Source of the DNA: an uncultured Gammaproteobacteria bacterium | GTDB taxonomy: Bacteria > Pseudomonadota > Gammaproteobacteria > Enterobacterales > Enterobacteriaceae | NCBI GenBank assembly: GCA_963747655.1 | Contig: CAVVFS010000002.1 | Span: forward strand, 201,789 to 265,788 | Direction: 5' to 3' | Length of the DNA stretch: 64,000 nucleotides | In this document: positions 45,989 through 56,968 of the stretch, one piece after another | Layout: every line of letters begins with the position of its first letter | Position numbering within the stretch: position 1 is the first letter of the stretch | Program-made: the position numbers and the translations under genes | Notes under the pieces: generated by a model | Databases searched by the model: none | The model's input: only the letters and a program-made list of their open reading frames with translations | Told to the model about the DNA's origin: nothing

Positions 45989-46724
45989 GTGATTAATGTC
46001 AGCGGATTAAATAAAAGCTTTAATCAATACGCCGCCCTGCGCGGACGTTAATTTTTCGGTCGCAACGCAGTGAAGTCGTTTCGGTTATCGGGCCTTCCGG
46101 CTCTGGGTAAATCGACTTTGCTGCGCTCCCTCAATCTGTTGGTCAAACCTGATACCGGAACGCTACAAATTGGCGATCGGCAAGATCGATGCGGAAACGT
46201 TAACCCGTAAACAAACCGCCGAATTCCGCCATCAAACTTCAATGGTTTTCCAGCATTACAACCTGTTCAAAAACAAAACTGCGCTCGAAAACATCACCGA
46301 AATTCTGACTTGTACCCAGGAGCTCAATAAAACCCAGGCCCGCGAGCGTGGCATGGATCTGCTGTCGACAGGTGGTCTGGCGCACAAGGCCGACGCTTAT
46401 CCGGTGACCCTTTCCGGCGGTCAACAGCAGCGCGTGGGTATTGCCCGTGCGCTGAGCGTCGATCCCGCAGGTGATCCTGCTGGATGAACCAACCTCCTCA
46501 CTGGACCCCGAGATGCGCCGTGACGTGTTGAATCTGATTGCCGGACTGGCAAGCCGTAACTTGACCATGATGATAGTCACCCATGAGATGAGTTTCGCCC
46601 GCGACGTTTCGGATCGCATCTTCTTTATGGAACAGGGAAAAATCATCGAACAGGGAAAACCTCTCAGATATTTACCGCCTCCGCCGAGAGTCGCACCCGC
46701 GCCTTCTTACACGACTTTGCCTGA
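45989..46724 (+). CDS. Polar amino acid ABC ATPase (many frameshifts)
   Basis: Walker A region GPSGSGKS; MVFQHYNLF; LSGGQQQRVGIARAL; DEPTSSLDPE. Confidence 0.8.
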
Positions 46725-46806
46725 GCCCGATTATTATTATTACAAATCCGTGCCTTTGCAAAGAATGACCTGCTTACCAATCTTATAATCTACGGAAAGT
46801 CCTGCC

Positions 46807-47524
46807 ATGAATTTCGATTTCCGCTATATGCTGAGCATTATTCCGCAGATCCTCAGCTATTTGCCGGTCACGTTGCTGATTTCGGTATTGTCTATTTTAC
46901 TGGCGACCGTGCTAGGGATTATTTTTGCCCTCCTGCTGCGTGGCGGGTATTAAAATTCCCGCGGCCTTTGCCCATCTGTATATTTCATTTTTTCGCGGCA
47001 CGCCGGTATTAGTCCAGCTGTTGATTATCTACTTCGGTCTGCCGCAGTTTTTCCCGGCGCTAAATTCGATGAGTGCGATTAACGCGGTAGTGCTTGGCCT
47101 TAGCCTCAATACCTCGGCCTATTTGGCGGAAATATTTCGCGCTGCTATCGATTCCGTGGACAAAGGCCAGCTGGAGGCCTCTCTGGCCTCAGGGCTTACC
47201 GTGTTTCAAGCCTCATGGCGCATCGTTTTCCCACAGGCCTGCCGCAATGCTATCCCGGCTACGGGAAATATATATATCGGACTGATAAAGAACTCATCGC
47301 TAGCGTTTACTCTCGGCGTGACAGAACTGCTGGCGGCTGGGAAATTAGCCGCCACCGAATCACTTAAATATTTTGAAGCCTATTTTGCCGTCGGCCTTAT
47401 TTACTGGGCAATGACCATTATTCTGAGCGAATTACAGCGTCGTCTCGAAAAGCTCGTTAATAAACCCTACCTCCATTATAAAGGGATCGGATTTAAACAG
47501 CACGGCGTTATTCTCATTAATTAA
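46807..47524 (+). CDS. Polar amino acid ABC permease (frameshift near 46930)
   Basis: FRGTPVLVQL; SAYLAEIFR; IKNSSLAF. Confidence 0.85.
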
Positions 47525-47566
47525 GCCAATTTAATTAGCCAATTGACACTAATCAAGGAAACGATA

Positions 47567-48457
47567 ATGAAGCTTTTAAAAATGGCGCTGATCGCCAGCT
47601 CGGTACTTTTGCTCACTGCCTGTGATAAGCCCGCGTCTCAGGCAGATGCCGACGATACGCCGCTGCTGCGCGTCGGTACTTCACCGGATGGCTATCCACA
47701 CTATTTTGTCGAGAATGGCCAGGTAAAGGCTTTAGCGTGGATATCCTTAACGCGGTTGCCGATAAGATTCATTATAAAATTCAGTGGGTCACCTCCGATT
47801 GGGTCGGCGTGCTCGGCTCTCTGGAAACCGGAAAAGTGGATACCGTCGGTAACTTTGCCGATACGCCGGAGCGTCGCCAAAAGTATGATTTAGTCGTCGC
47901 CTATTACTACAGTGCCGCACAGCTCGCGGTCAGCATTAATAACACTACTATCCACGGCTTGCAGGATATGAAAGGCAAAACCGTGGCCGCCGATCTCGGT
48001 TCTAACTACGCCAACGTATTGAAAGAATACGACCCGCAAAATCAGATTAAAGCTGGTGAATTTCGAGAGGCAAGACGTGGTGCTCAACGCGGTGGCACAG
48101 GGCAAGGTCGATGCCTATGTTTCCGGGCAAGTGATATTACTTGGTCGCATCAAGCACAGCCATATTCCGCTAAAAGTGGTGGGCGAACCGTTTGGCGTTA
48201 AACAGGTGGCACTGCCATTCCGTAAAGATGCGCGTGGTGAAGCACTGCGTAAAAAGGTGGATGTCGCACTGGAGCAGCTTCGCGCCGACGGAACGCTGAG
48301 CAAAATTTCTGAAAAGTGGTTCGACCGCGACCTGAGTGTGAAACCTTCAGACAATGCAGCCCCGCCTGCTGCAACCGCTGCCGTCACTACCGATGTAACT
48401 GCCGCTACAAATGTAACTGCCACTACCACGACTACCGCCAGCTCAACGAAAGGATAA
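47567..48457 (+). CDS. Amino acid ABC substrate-binding lipoprotein with an Ala/Thr-rich tail (frameshifted)
   Basis: Lipobox LTAC; DWVGVLGSLETGKVD; GTLSKISEKWFDRD followed by NAAPPAATAAVTTDVTAATNVTATTTTTASSTKG. Confidence 0.8.
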
Positions 48458-48462
48458 TCGTC

Positions 48463-49794
48463 ATGTCTTCGCTACACCTTGCCCTGTTTCTTGACCCTAC
48501 TGGCTGCCACTATGCCGGCTGGCGCATGCCCTCGGCCAATAAAGTCCCACAAGCCTCTGAATGGTCGGTGTTAAAAGATTTAACCCTTAAAGCTGAAGCC
48601 GCCAAATTTGACATGGTCTTTATGGCTGACAAGTTATCAATTGACGATATTTATAACCGCAGCTTTGCCGATGCCGTCCACCATCGCATTACAGAGCGTC
48701 CGGAACCCTTTTCAGTGCTTTCTGCTTTAGGCGCTGTAACGGAAAAAATTGGCCTCGCCGGCACGGTCTCAAGTTCGTTTATTCAGCCCTTTGCCGCCGC
48801 GCGAACCCTAGCGACGCTTGACCATCTTACCGGCGGGCGCGCCGCGTGGAATGTTGTAACCTCGACTAGCGATGCCGAAGCCAGCAATTTTGGACAACAG
48901 TTGTTAAGCCATGACCAGCGTTATCTGAAAGCCGAAGCTTTTATTGATGCCGTGCGCACTCTCTGGGATACCTGGGACGATAACGCCATTATCGGCGATC
49001 GTGAAAACGGCATTTACGCCAGCGGGGAACGCATTCGCTACGCCGATATCGATAATGACTGGTTCAAGGTTAAAGGCCCATTAAACGTGCCGCGCTCGCC
49101 GCAGGGCCATCCGGTGACTATTCAGGCCGGAGGTTCAGGCGCCTTTACCGCCCTGGCCGCGCGTCAGGCTGACGCTATCTTTGCCGCCGAGAAACCTAGT
49201 CTGGCCTCTGCGCAGCAGTATTATGCCCAGTTGAAAAAACAGGTTGCCGAGCAGGGTCGCTCACCGGACAGTCTTAAAGTGTTGCCGGGTCTGCAACCGA
49301 TTATTGGTGCGACTCAAAAAGAAGCCGATGATTTGTTGAATGAATTGACACAGTTACATCATCCGCTGGCAACATTGAGTCATCTTTCCAACACTATGAA
49401 CTACGACTGGGGACAGCATAAGCTGGACGAGGCCGTGCCGGATATTGCTGCCCAGCTGGGTCGTCGCGAGCGCTTTGAGCCGATGCTAAATCATGCTCGT
49501 GAAAACGGTATGACCCTGCGTCAGTTTGCAAAATGGGTCGCTCGCTCTGGCTTTATCGTGGCGGGTACTGCTGAATCTCTGGCTGAGCGCATCGCTACCT
49601 GGTATCAAGAGCGCGCGGTGGATGGTTTTGTGATTATGCCTCCTTATGTGCCCGGCGCTTCGGATGATTTCTTTACCAAAGTGGTGCCGATCCTACAGGA
49701 AAGAGGCGTATTCAGGAGTGAGTATCAGGCTGATACGTTACGCGGTCACTTAGGCCTTGAGCGTCCTAGTCGTAGGGTAAATCGATTCGGGTAA
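48463..49794 (+). CDS. NtaA/DmoA/DszA-family FMNH2-dependent monooxygenase
   Basis: AEAAKFDMVFMAD, LDHLTGGRAAWNVVTS, PRSPQGHP, QAGGS, QERGVFRSEY...TLRGHLGL. Confidence 0.92.
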   Translation: MSSLHLALFLDPTGCHYAGWRMPSANKVPQASEWSVLKDLTLKAEAAKFDMVFMADKLSIDDIYNRSFADAVHHRITERPEPFSVLSALGAVTEKIGLAGTVSSSFIQPFAAARTLATLDHLTGGRAAWNVVTSTSDAEASNFGQQLLSHDQRYLKAEAFIDAVRTLWDTWDDNAIIGDRENGIYASGERIRYADIDNDWFKVKGPLNVPRSPQGHPVTIQAGGSGAFTALAARQADAIFAAEKPSLASAQQYYAQLKKQVAEQGRSPDSLKVLPGLQPIIGATQKEADDLLNELTQLHHPLATLSHLSNTMNYDWGQHKLDEAVPDIAAQLGRRERFEPMLNHARENGMTLRQFAKWVARSGFIVAGTAESLAERIATWYQERAVDGFVIMPPYVPGASDDFFTKVVPILQERGVFRSEYQADTLRGHLGLERPSRRVNRFG

Positions 49795-50085
49795 ATCGAT
49801 AATCACCAGTGTGCCAAAGCTGCCAGACTCCACCGTGTGAGGAATGCCCGCTTTGGCCACATACAGCTCACCTGCCGCCACGATGAATTTTTCACCCGCA
49901 ATGCCGAGCTGCAGACGCCCGTCGATAACCAATAAACCTTCATCATAATCATGGACCTCTTCAATTACCGAACGCTCATCCATCCGTAACACTTTAATAT
50001 TAGCGTGGCCGACACGACCTAATACGCGCGAACGCCATGCTTGAGGTAATTCATTGGCTTCTTGTTGCAAAGAATAAAGAGACAT
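49750..50085 (-). CDS. Cupin-domain protein
   Basis: EEVHDYDEGLLVIDG...AGIPHTV. Confidence 0.8.
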   Translation of the reverse strand: MSLYSLQQEANELPQAWRSRVLGRVGHANIKVLRMDERSVIEEVHDYDEGLLVIDGRLQLGIAGEKFIVAAGELYVAKAGIPHTVESGSFGTLVIIDLPESIYPTTRTLKA

Positions 50086-50511
50086 CAGGCGATTTCCTTT
50101 TACTGTTTTATTATTTAAAAAATAACGCAATAAAAAAGGTTCAAAATAAAGGCAATCAATGCCCTTAATTTTGAACCCTCTTTGTCATATCGTTTTTCAG
50201 CTATTACTGTGTCTAAAGATATTGCTGTGTCTAAAGAATCAATGTCAGGAGAATCTGAAGCTATTACCGCTGCCAAATTGAGTAAACCGTAGAAATTAAC
50301 GAAGATGAAATAAATTTTTGAGCATAGATTAGCGATAAAAAAGATAACGGACATCCGTTAACGGCCTAAGTCATTTCCCTCCATTATTAAGCAACTAAAG
50401 TGATTTTACATCCCCGCAACCCTCCATTAATAATCGTCTCGCTCTGCCTTATGAAGGCGCAGGATGTTTTTCTTTTTTGCCTTCAATTATTCTTACCACG
50501 ATGGGAAATTT

Positions 50512-52137
50512 ATGAAGACTTCTACCGCGATTCACTCTTTTTCTGCCCTGACACTATTAATACTTTCTGCATCGCACCCGCTTTATGCTGCTGAAAAACC
50601 ACAACAGGGCGGTGATTTAACCTGGGGCGTAGAAGTTGAGCCAAGTACGTTAAATCCGCAGCTAAACGGACAAGATAAAACCGAGCTGTTACTCAGAGAA
50701 TCCTATGAGTCCCTGTTGGCGCGCAAGCCCGACGGCAGCTACATTCCCTGGTTGGCAAAAGCTTATAAAGTCTCCGACGATGGCAAAACCTACACCTTCA
50801 CACTGCGCGATGACGTCAAATTCTCTAACGGCGAAAAATTCGATGCCGAGGCGGTAGCCGAAAACTTTCGCCATTTGCAGGACCCGTCATACACCGCGGG
50901 TTCTGGTTTAAGCGTATTTGGCGCGCGCATTGCCAATATCGCCACACCCGATGACCATACCGTCGTCATTGCCTTGAAAGAGGTTTACAGCCCGTTCCTT
51001 TCATTCTCTAGCTATCTGAGATTGCTGTCACCGTCATCGTGGAAATCGTCGCAGCTAAAATCCGGTGGCCCAGAAATCATCGGGACCGGTCCGTTTATTC
51101 TTAAAAGCTACCAAAAAGGTCAGCAAATCCGGTTCGTGCGTAACCCTGATTATCACTGGGCTCCAGCTTATGCCGCGCATCAGGGGCCAGCCTGGCTCAA
51201 TAGCGTGACTTATCGTTTCCTGCCTGAATCCTCGGTGAGAACTGGCGCGCTATTGTCGGGTCAGGTTGATGTTATTGAAGGTATTTCTGGCAATGACGCA
51301 GCAGAGTTTGAAAATAATGCCGATTTCACCTATCAGCATGCTTTAAACACCGGCACTCCTTATTCCCTGTTCCTGAATGTTAAATATGGCCCAACACAGG
51401 AGCTGAAAGTCCGTCAGGCGATATTACAGGGATTGGATATTGGACCGATTCTGAAATCGATTTATCGCGGCTAATCGTACTCGCGTGTGGGGTATTACCT
51501 CGCCGCTGGATCCTTTCTATGACAACAGCCTGGAAGGCAAATACGGCAATAATCCACAGCTTGCTAACAAACTGCTTGATGAAGCGGGTTGGAACAACAA
51601 GAGGCAGCAGCGGCATCCGTACCAAAGACGGCAAAACGCTGACGCATCGAAATTATTCAGGCGCAGGCTACTGTCCGCGACCAGCGTGACGTGCTGCTAC
51701 AGGCTTTGCAGGCCGAGGCCAGACAAAAGCTGGGCATTGACCTGAAGATCCGCTATGTCGATTCCGGCACCTATACCGAAGTGCGTAAAAACGGCAAGTT
51801 TGGCTCGATTGCCAACTCCAATACGCCGACTGACGGTATTGATATCGAAAACCATTATCTGCCGATTAATGCAGGCGGATCAATCAACTACAGCCGTACC
51901 GATGCTCCGGAAATTTTGCCATTGCTGCGCGCCGCCTGGCAGACCCAGGACAACGCAAAACGTAAAGCCTTGTACGGACAATTGCAAAATTTTGCTATTG
52001 CCCAGCAGGCGCTGGCTATCCCACTTTATGAGCCAGAAGACCAGATTGCCGCCGCCAGTTACGTTCACGGTATTGGTTTCCGCCCATTCAAACAGATGCC
52101 GGAAAATACCTATGACGTTTGGGTCAGCAAGCATTGA
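50512..52137 (+). CDS. Family 5 (peptide/nickel-type) ABC substrate-binding protein (frameshifted)
   Basis: Signal peptide; TYTFTLRDDVKFSNG; GTGPFIL; ends YDVWVSKH. Confidence 0.85.
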
Positions 52138-52193
52138 TCAGTAAAAACAGGCATTGATCGGCAATAAACGAAGTCAGCACGAGGAGTTATATC

Positions 52194-53208
52194 ATGTCAG
52201 TTGACAGCACGCTCACGACCGAGCAGCAGTCTGGGCGTAAACCACGCAGGCAGTCTGTGTTAGTAAACCGTATCGCCAGGCGGAGTACTGAGCGGCGCGC
52301 TGGTGCTGTGGGCGGCGGTAACGCTGTCCTTTATTAGCGTCTATTTGGCGCCTGGAGATATCGTCAGTCTGTTGATTGGCGAGCAGGTTCGCACCCCGGA
52401 AATTGAAGCGGCAATTCGCGCCGAATGGGGCCTGAATCAGCCGTTGTATATGCAATATTTGCACTATCTATGGCGTATCCTGCACGGCGATTTTGGCCGT
52501 TCTTACTTGCTTAATACCGACGTTACCGGGCTGATTTTAAGCCAGCTTTGGCCAACGCTTAAAACTCACCGGACTAGCACTGGTGGTAAGCATTGTATTT
52601 GCCGTCATTATGGCGGTCGCCACCGCTCATCGCCGCTGGGGTCGTCGCATTGCCGGTTCGATGGAGCTATTACTGGCCTCAACGCCGTCGTTCTGGCTGG
52701 GGATCGTGCTGCTGTTTATCTTCAGCTTTACCCTGCGCTGGTTCCCGGTAGCCGGTGATCGCAGCTTCTCTTCGCTGGTGCTTCCGGCACTGTCTTTAGG
52801 GCTGGCTCAGGGCGCGGTGATTGCACAGGTGTTGCGTCGTGGGCTTGAAGACGCGCTCGATGAACCTTTTGCTCTGACACTGCGCGCCTGGGGAATCGGC
52901 AATACTCACCATTCGCCTACGTCATGCATTGCGTCATGCGGCTTTGCCTGCGGTAACCCTAACCGGCTGGCTGATTGGTGGCCTGCTTAGCGGTGCGGTG
53001 ATCACCGAACAGGTATTTGGCCGTCCCGGGTCTAGGGCAAAATCACCGTCGATGCCGTGCTGGGTAAAGACCTGCCGGTGGTGTTGGCGGTGGCTATTTT
53101 TTCTGCCTTTGTATACGTCGTGATGAGTACGCTGGTGGACATTCTTTATTTGCTGATCGACCCACGCCTGCGTGAAGCGCGATGCTTCCAGGCGAGGAAA
53201 ACTCATGA
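52194..53208 (+). CDS. DppB/OppB-type permease (frameshifted)
   Basis: LAPGD...WGLNQPLYMQY; TPSFWLG; VITEQVFGRPG. Confidence 0.82.
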
Positions 53209-54048
53209 GCCAGACTCTTTCTAGCCGTTGGCGTAAAACGCCAGTATTCCCTGGGCTATGGCCTGGCGCGTGTTTTATCTCTTTCTTAGTGTGACTGGCG
53301 GTGCTGTTGCCGGGTTTGATCAGTCATTACGATCCGCTTAGCGCCGATCCGGTTAACTCCATGCTGCCGCCCTTCCTGGCAGCACTGGCTTGGCACCGAT
53401 CAACTGGGCCGCGACGTGCTGACTCGCATTATTTATGGCAGCCGTTATTCCATGCTGATTAGCCTGGCGGCGATGGCGATTGCGGTCAGCGATCGGCACC
53501 GTGCTGGGCCTGCTGGCCGGTCTGGCAAAAGGTCCGGTAGACGAGTTTATCAGCCGCGCAGTGGACGTTATTTCCGCCTTCCCCGACCTGCTGCTGGCGC
53601 TGATGCTGATTGCCTTTACCGGTCCTGGCACCGTTAACCTGATTTTTGCTCTCGGCGTCGCTTCCATTCCGCGCTTCACCCGCGTAGTGCGTGCACAAAC
53701 TTTCTTGTGATGTCATCAGGTTATGTTGAACAGGCGCGCACCTTTGGCCTAAAACGCCGCGTGCTGATCTGGCGACACGTTTTGCCGCACGCCATCGCTC
53801 ACGTTCCCGCATTGGCGACCCTAGGGCTGGGCACCGCGATTATCGGCACCGCCGGCCTGAGCTTTCTAGGGATGGGCCCTCAGCCACCTACCGCCGAATG
53901 GGGTCTGATGCTGGCCGAAGGCAGAAACTATTTACGAAATGCCTGGTGGATTGCCGCTTTCCCCGGCGTCGCGATTACCCTGACCGTGATTTCGGTCAAC
54001 ACTCTGGGCCGTTACTGGCAGGCCGCTTTTGAAGGAAAACAATCATGA
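53205..54048 (+). CDS. DppC/OppC-type permease (frameshifted)
   Basis: LGRDVLTRIIYG; GLSFLGMGPQPPTAEWG; WWIAAFPG. Confidence 0.82.
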
Positions 54049-55635
54049 GCCACGAACTGTTTATCGATATCCAAAATCTGCGGATCCGCTTTCGGCGACA
54101 AAACGGTGATCGGCGGGTCTGAATCTGCAATTGAAACACGGTGAGTCCATCGCCTTTGTCGGTGAATCCGGCTCAGGGTAAAACGGTAACAGCGCGCAGC
54201 CTGCTGGGCTTGCAGGATGCCAAAGCCAGTATTACCGCCGATCGATTTCTGATCAACGGTGAAGACATGCGCGGTGCCAGCCAGCGTCGCTGGCGTAAAA
54301 TTCGCGGCAGACAAATAGGTTACGTGTTGCAGGATGCGCTGGTGTCGCTCGATCCGCTGCGCCAGATTGGTCAGCAACTCGTGATGCGCTGACCGCCAGC
54401 CAAAATATCGCGCGCGGTTCTCTGCGCGCACAGTCAGTCGCGTTACTAAAATCGGTGGGAATTCCCGATGCAGAAGCTCGATTAAGCGCCTATCCGCATC
54501 AGCTGTCGGGCGGCCTGCGTCAGCGGGCATTAATTGCCACCGCGCTGGCCGGAAAGCCCAGCCTGCTAATTGCCGATGAGCCCACCACCGCGCTGGATAT
54601 GACGGTACAAAAGCAGATCCTCGATTTGCTGCAAAAACGACGCGATAACGGGCAAAGTCTGCTGTTGATTAGCCACGATTTGTCGGTGGTCGGACAGCTG
54701 GCCGACCGTATTCTGGTGATGAAAGACGGCGAGGTGGTTGAGGAAGGCAATGGGAAAGCCTGCTGCGCTCCCCACAGCATCCCTATACAAAACAGTTGCT
54801 TGCCGCGGTGCCAAGTCCGGCGACGCGTGGCTTTAAACTCTCCGGTGAGCCTGGGCAGCCATTACCTGCAAAAACGATTTCTACCGCTAAACCAGTGCTG
54901 GAAGCCAGTGGACTGTTTAAACAATACGCCAAAAAAACGGTAGTTAATCAGGTGAGCTTTACCCTTTCTGCGGGAGAAACGTTAGGGATTGTCGGCGAAT
55001 CTGGCTCAGGAAAATCTACCGTCGCCAAAATGGTAATGGGATTAATTGAACCAGGCAGCGGGACGATTAGCATTCAGGGCCAGCGCTGGAGCCAGGTGCC
55101 GGAGGCGGAACGTCGTCTGCGCCGCCGAGGGATCCAGTTAATCGCCCAAGACCCACTAAGTTCGTTTGATCCGCGCTATAACGTGGAGAAAATCATTGGT
55201 GAAAGCCTCGACAGCGTGGAGATTTACGGCGACGAGCGTAAACGCCGTATTCGACAACTGTTGGATGAAGTTCAGCTTGGGCCGAGCTTTATGAGCCGCT
55301 ATCCTCGAGAGTTATCCGGTGGTCAGCGCCAGCGTATTGCCATTGCCCGCGCTTTTGCGCCAAACCCGGCATTGCTGATAGCCGATGAACCGGTGAGCGC
55401 ACTGGATGTTTCAGTACAGGCGCAAGTACTGGATTTGCTTGCAGAAATGCAGGCTGAACATCATACCGCCCTGCTGTTTATCTCTCACGATCTCGGCGTG
55501 GTTCATCATATTGCCGACCGCGTGGCAGTCATGAAAGACGGCGTGGTGGTTGAGCAAGGTCAGGTCGATAACGTATTCCATCGCCCGGCGCACCCGTGGA
55601 CTCAGCAGCTGATTAACTCATTGCCAACCTTCTGA
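54045..55635 (+). CDS. Tandem-domain peptide ABC ATPase (frameshifted)
   Basis: Two GESGSGK motifs, YPHQLSGG and YPRELSGG, DEPTTALD and DEPVSALD; ends HPWTQQLINSLPTF. Confidence 0.87.
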
Positions 55636-55866
55636 CTTAAGTCATTTTTCTTAAAGGGCGGGACTTTACAGAGCATAAACAACTCGGTAGTATCCCGCCC
55701 AGACATCAGGGTAATCCCCTTTTGCGTAAGCGTTAACGTTAACCAACGCACCATTTGCAGGCTTAATCTGCTTATTGTGCGGTGATTTTATGACTCAGCC
55801 CCAACCTTCTTTTGCACGTGCCTCTGTTGTTTCCAGCCCCGGTTTCTTTCTATTTATCGTTTTGAT
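55549..55866 (+). repeat. 318-bp direct repeat, left copy
   Basis: GTTGAGCAAGG...ATCGTTTTGAT matches 57503-57820; compared by eye, two mismatches (55575 A vs 57529 G; 55850 C vs 57804 T). Confidence 0.95.
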
Positions 55867-56044
55867 GATAATATTTGCCGTAGTGGCGACTAATGCCTCG
55901 TAGCTAAGCCAGAGGTTGGTTTAGTCTCGGCATCTACTTTCGTATAAACTTTATCTTGTGTAACATGGTTATCTTTTAATTTACTTTAAAGCACACAGGT
56001 TCGTTGGATTTTTAGACGACATGTGTTAAGTCAAGAGCATAAAA

Positions 56045-56968
56045 ATGAGTTACCGTCCTGAGCAAGTTTTTCGCTTTAATGGGTCTGTTGGTGTCTCTGG
56101 CACTAATAATCTCGAAGATGTAAAACATCTTCAGGAAATGATTATCAGTGCAGGATATAACCAAATTAGCGGCAATCATGTAAGGGTGAATGGCCAGATG
56201 GATAGTAATACCAAGATGGCGATTATTTGGTATCAGAGATTGTTAAATATGTCTCCTTCTGGACTAGTTCATCCTATGGAAACATGGTTTTTTAACATGT
56301 TCAGCAAAGCTATTTCCCCACACTGGCGGCCTCGACACACTATTGGAACTTTGCATGTGCGAGAAGGCCAGTTCACTTTCAATGCAGAAGGTAGAGATTT
56401 TATTACCGCTGTAGAGCCTTTTAAGCAGCCACTCAACATGCCAAATTTCTCCCGTGTACTTTATTATCCGGGAGGGGGTTCTGGTGTTACCCTTGGGAGA
56501 GGGTATGACATGAAGCTACGTAGCTCAGGAGAAATTCTTTCTGACATTAGGGCAGCGGGCATTGAGGAATATAAGGCTGTTATTTGTTCTAAGGCTGCGG
56601 GTTTAAATGGCCGTCAAGCTGCAAAATTTGTAAGATATTATGGACCTTTAGTCGGAGAGATTACCCATTTGCAGCAAGTGCATTTGTTTGAAAACTCCTT
56701 TCAGAGTTATATCCGCACGGGCCAAAGAATCTTTAATTTTAAAAAAAATTTAACACATAGCCAAATGACATGGAATAAAATAAATGCAAGAGTAAGGGAT
56801 ATATACTTAGATAGTCTTTACCAAGGGTGTTATTCCGCTTCTAAGTTTGCCTTTTTAATTATAAAGAATAATATTAACGACATTCGTCACTATCTAAAGA
56901 CAGATCCTTTTCAAGTCAACACGTATGGAAGAAACATTCTAAGACTGAGGTATATAAGTGAATTATAA
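56045..56968 (+). CDS. Peptidoglycan-binding domain plus pesticin-C-like muramidase
   Basis: N-terminal GTNNLEDVKHLQ...VNGQMDSNTKMAIIWYQ (PG-binding-like); C-terminal FTFNAEG...YPGGGSGVTLGRGYDM (pesticin/T4-lysozyme-like catalytic region). Confidence 0.8.
   Translation: MSYRPEQVFRFNGSVGVSGTNNLEDVKHLQEMIISAGYNQISGNHVRVNGQMDSNTKMAIIWYQRLLNMSPSGLVHPMETWFFNMFSKAISPHWRPRHTIGTLHVREGQFTFNAEGRDFITAVEPFKQPLNMPNFSRVLYYPGGGSGVTLGRGYDMKLRSSGEILSDIRAAGIEEYKAVICSKAAGLNGRQAAKFVRYYGPLVGEITHLQQVHLFENSFQSYIRTGQRIFNFKKNLTHSQMTWNKINARVRDIYLDSLYQGCYSASKFAFLIIKNNINDIRHYLKTDPFQVNTYGRNILRLRYISEL

Noticed and set aside
9200-54800. Programmed ribosomal frameshifting as the cause of split genes
   Set aside because: Too many unrelated genes are affected, without consistent slippery motifs, and these families are normally single ORFs.
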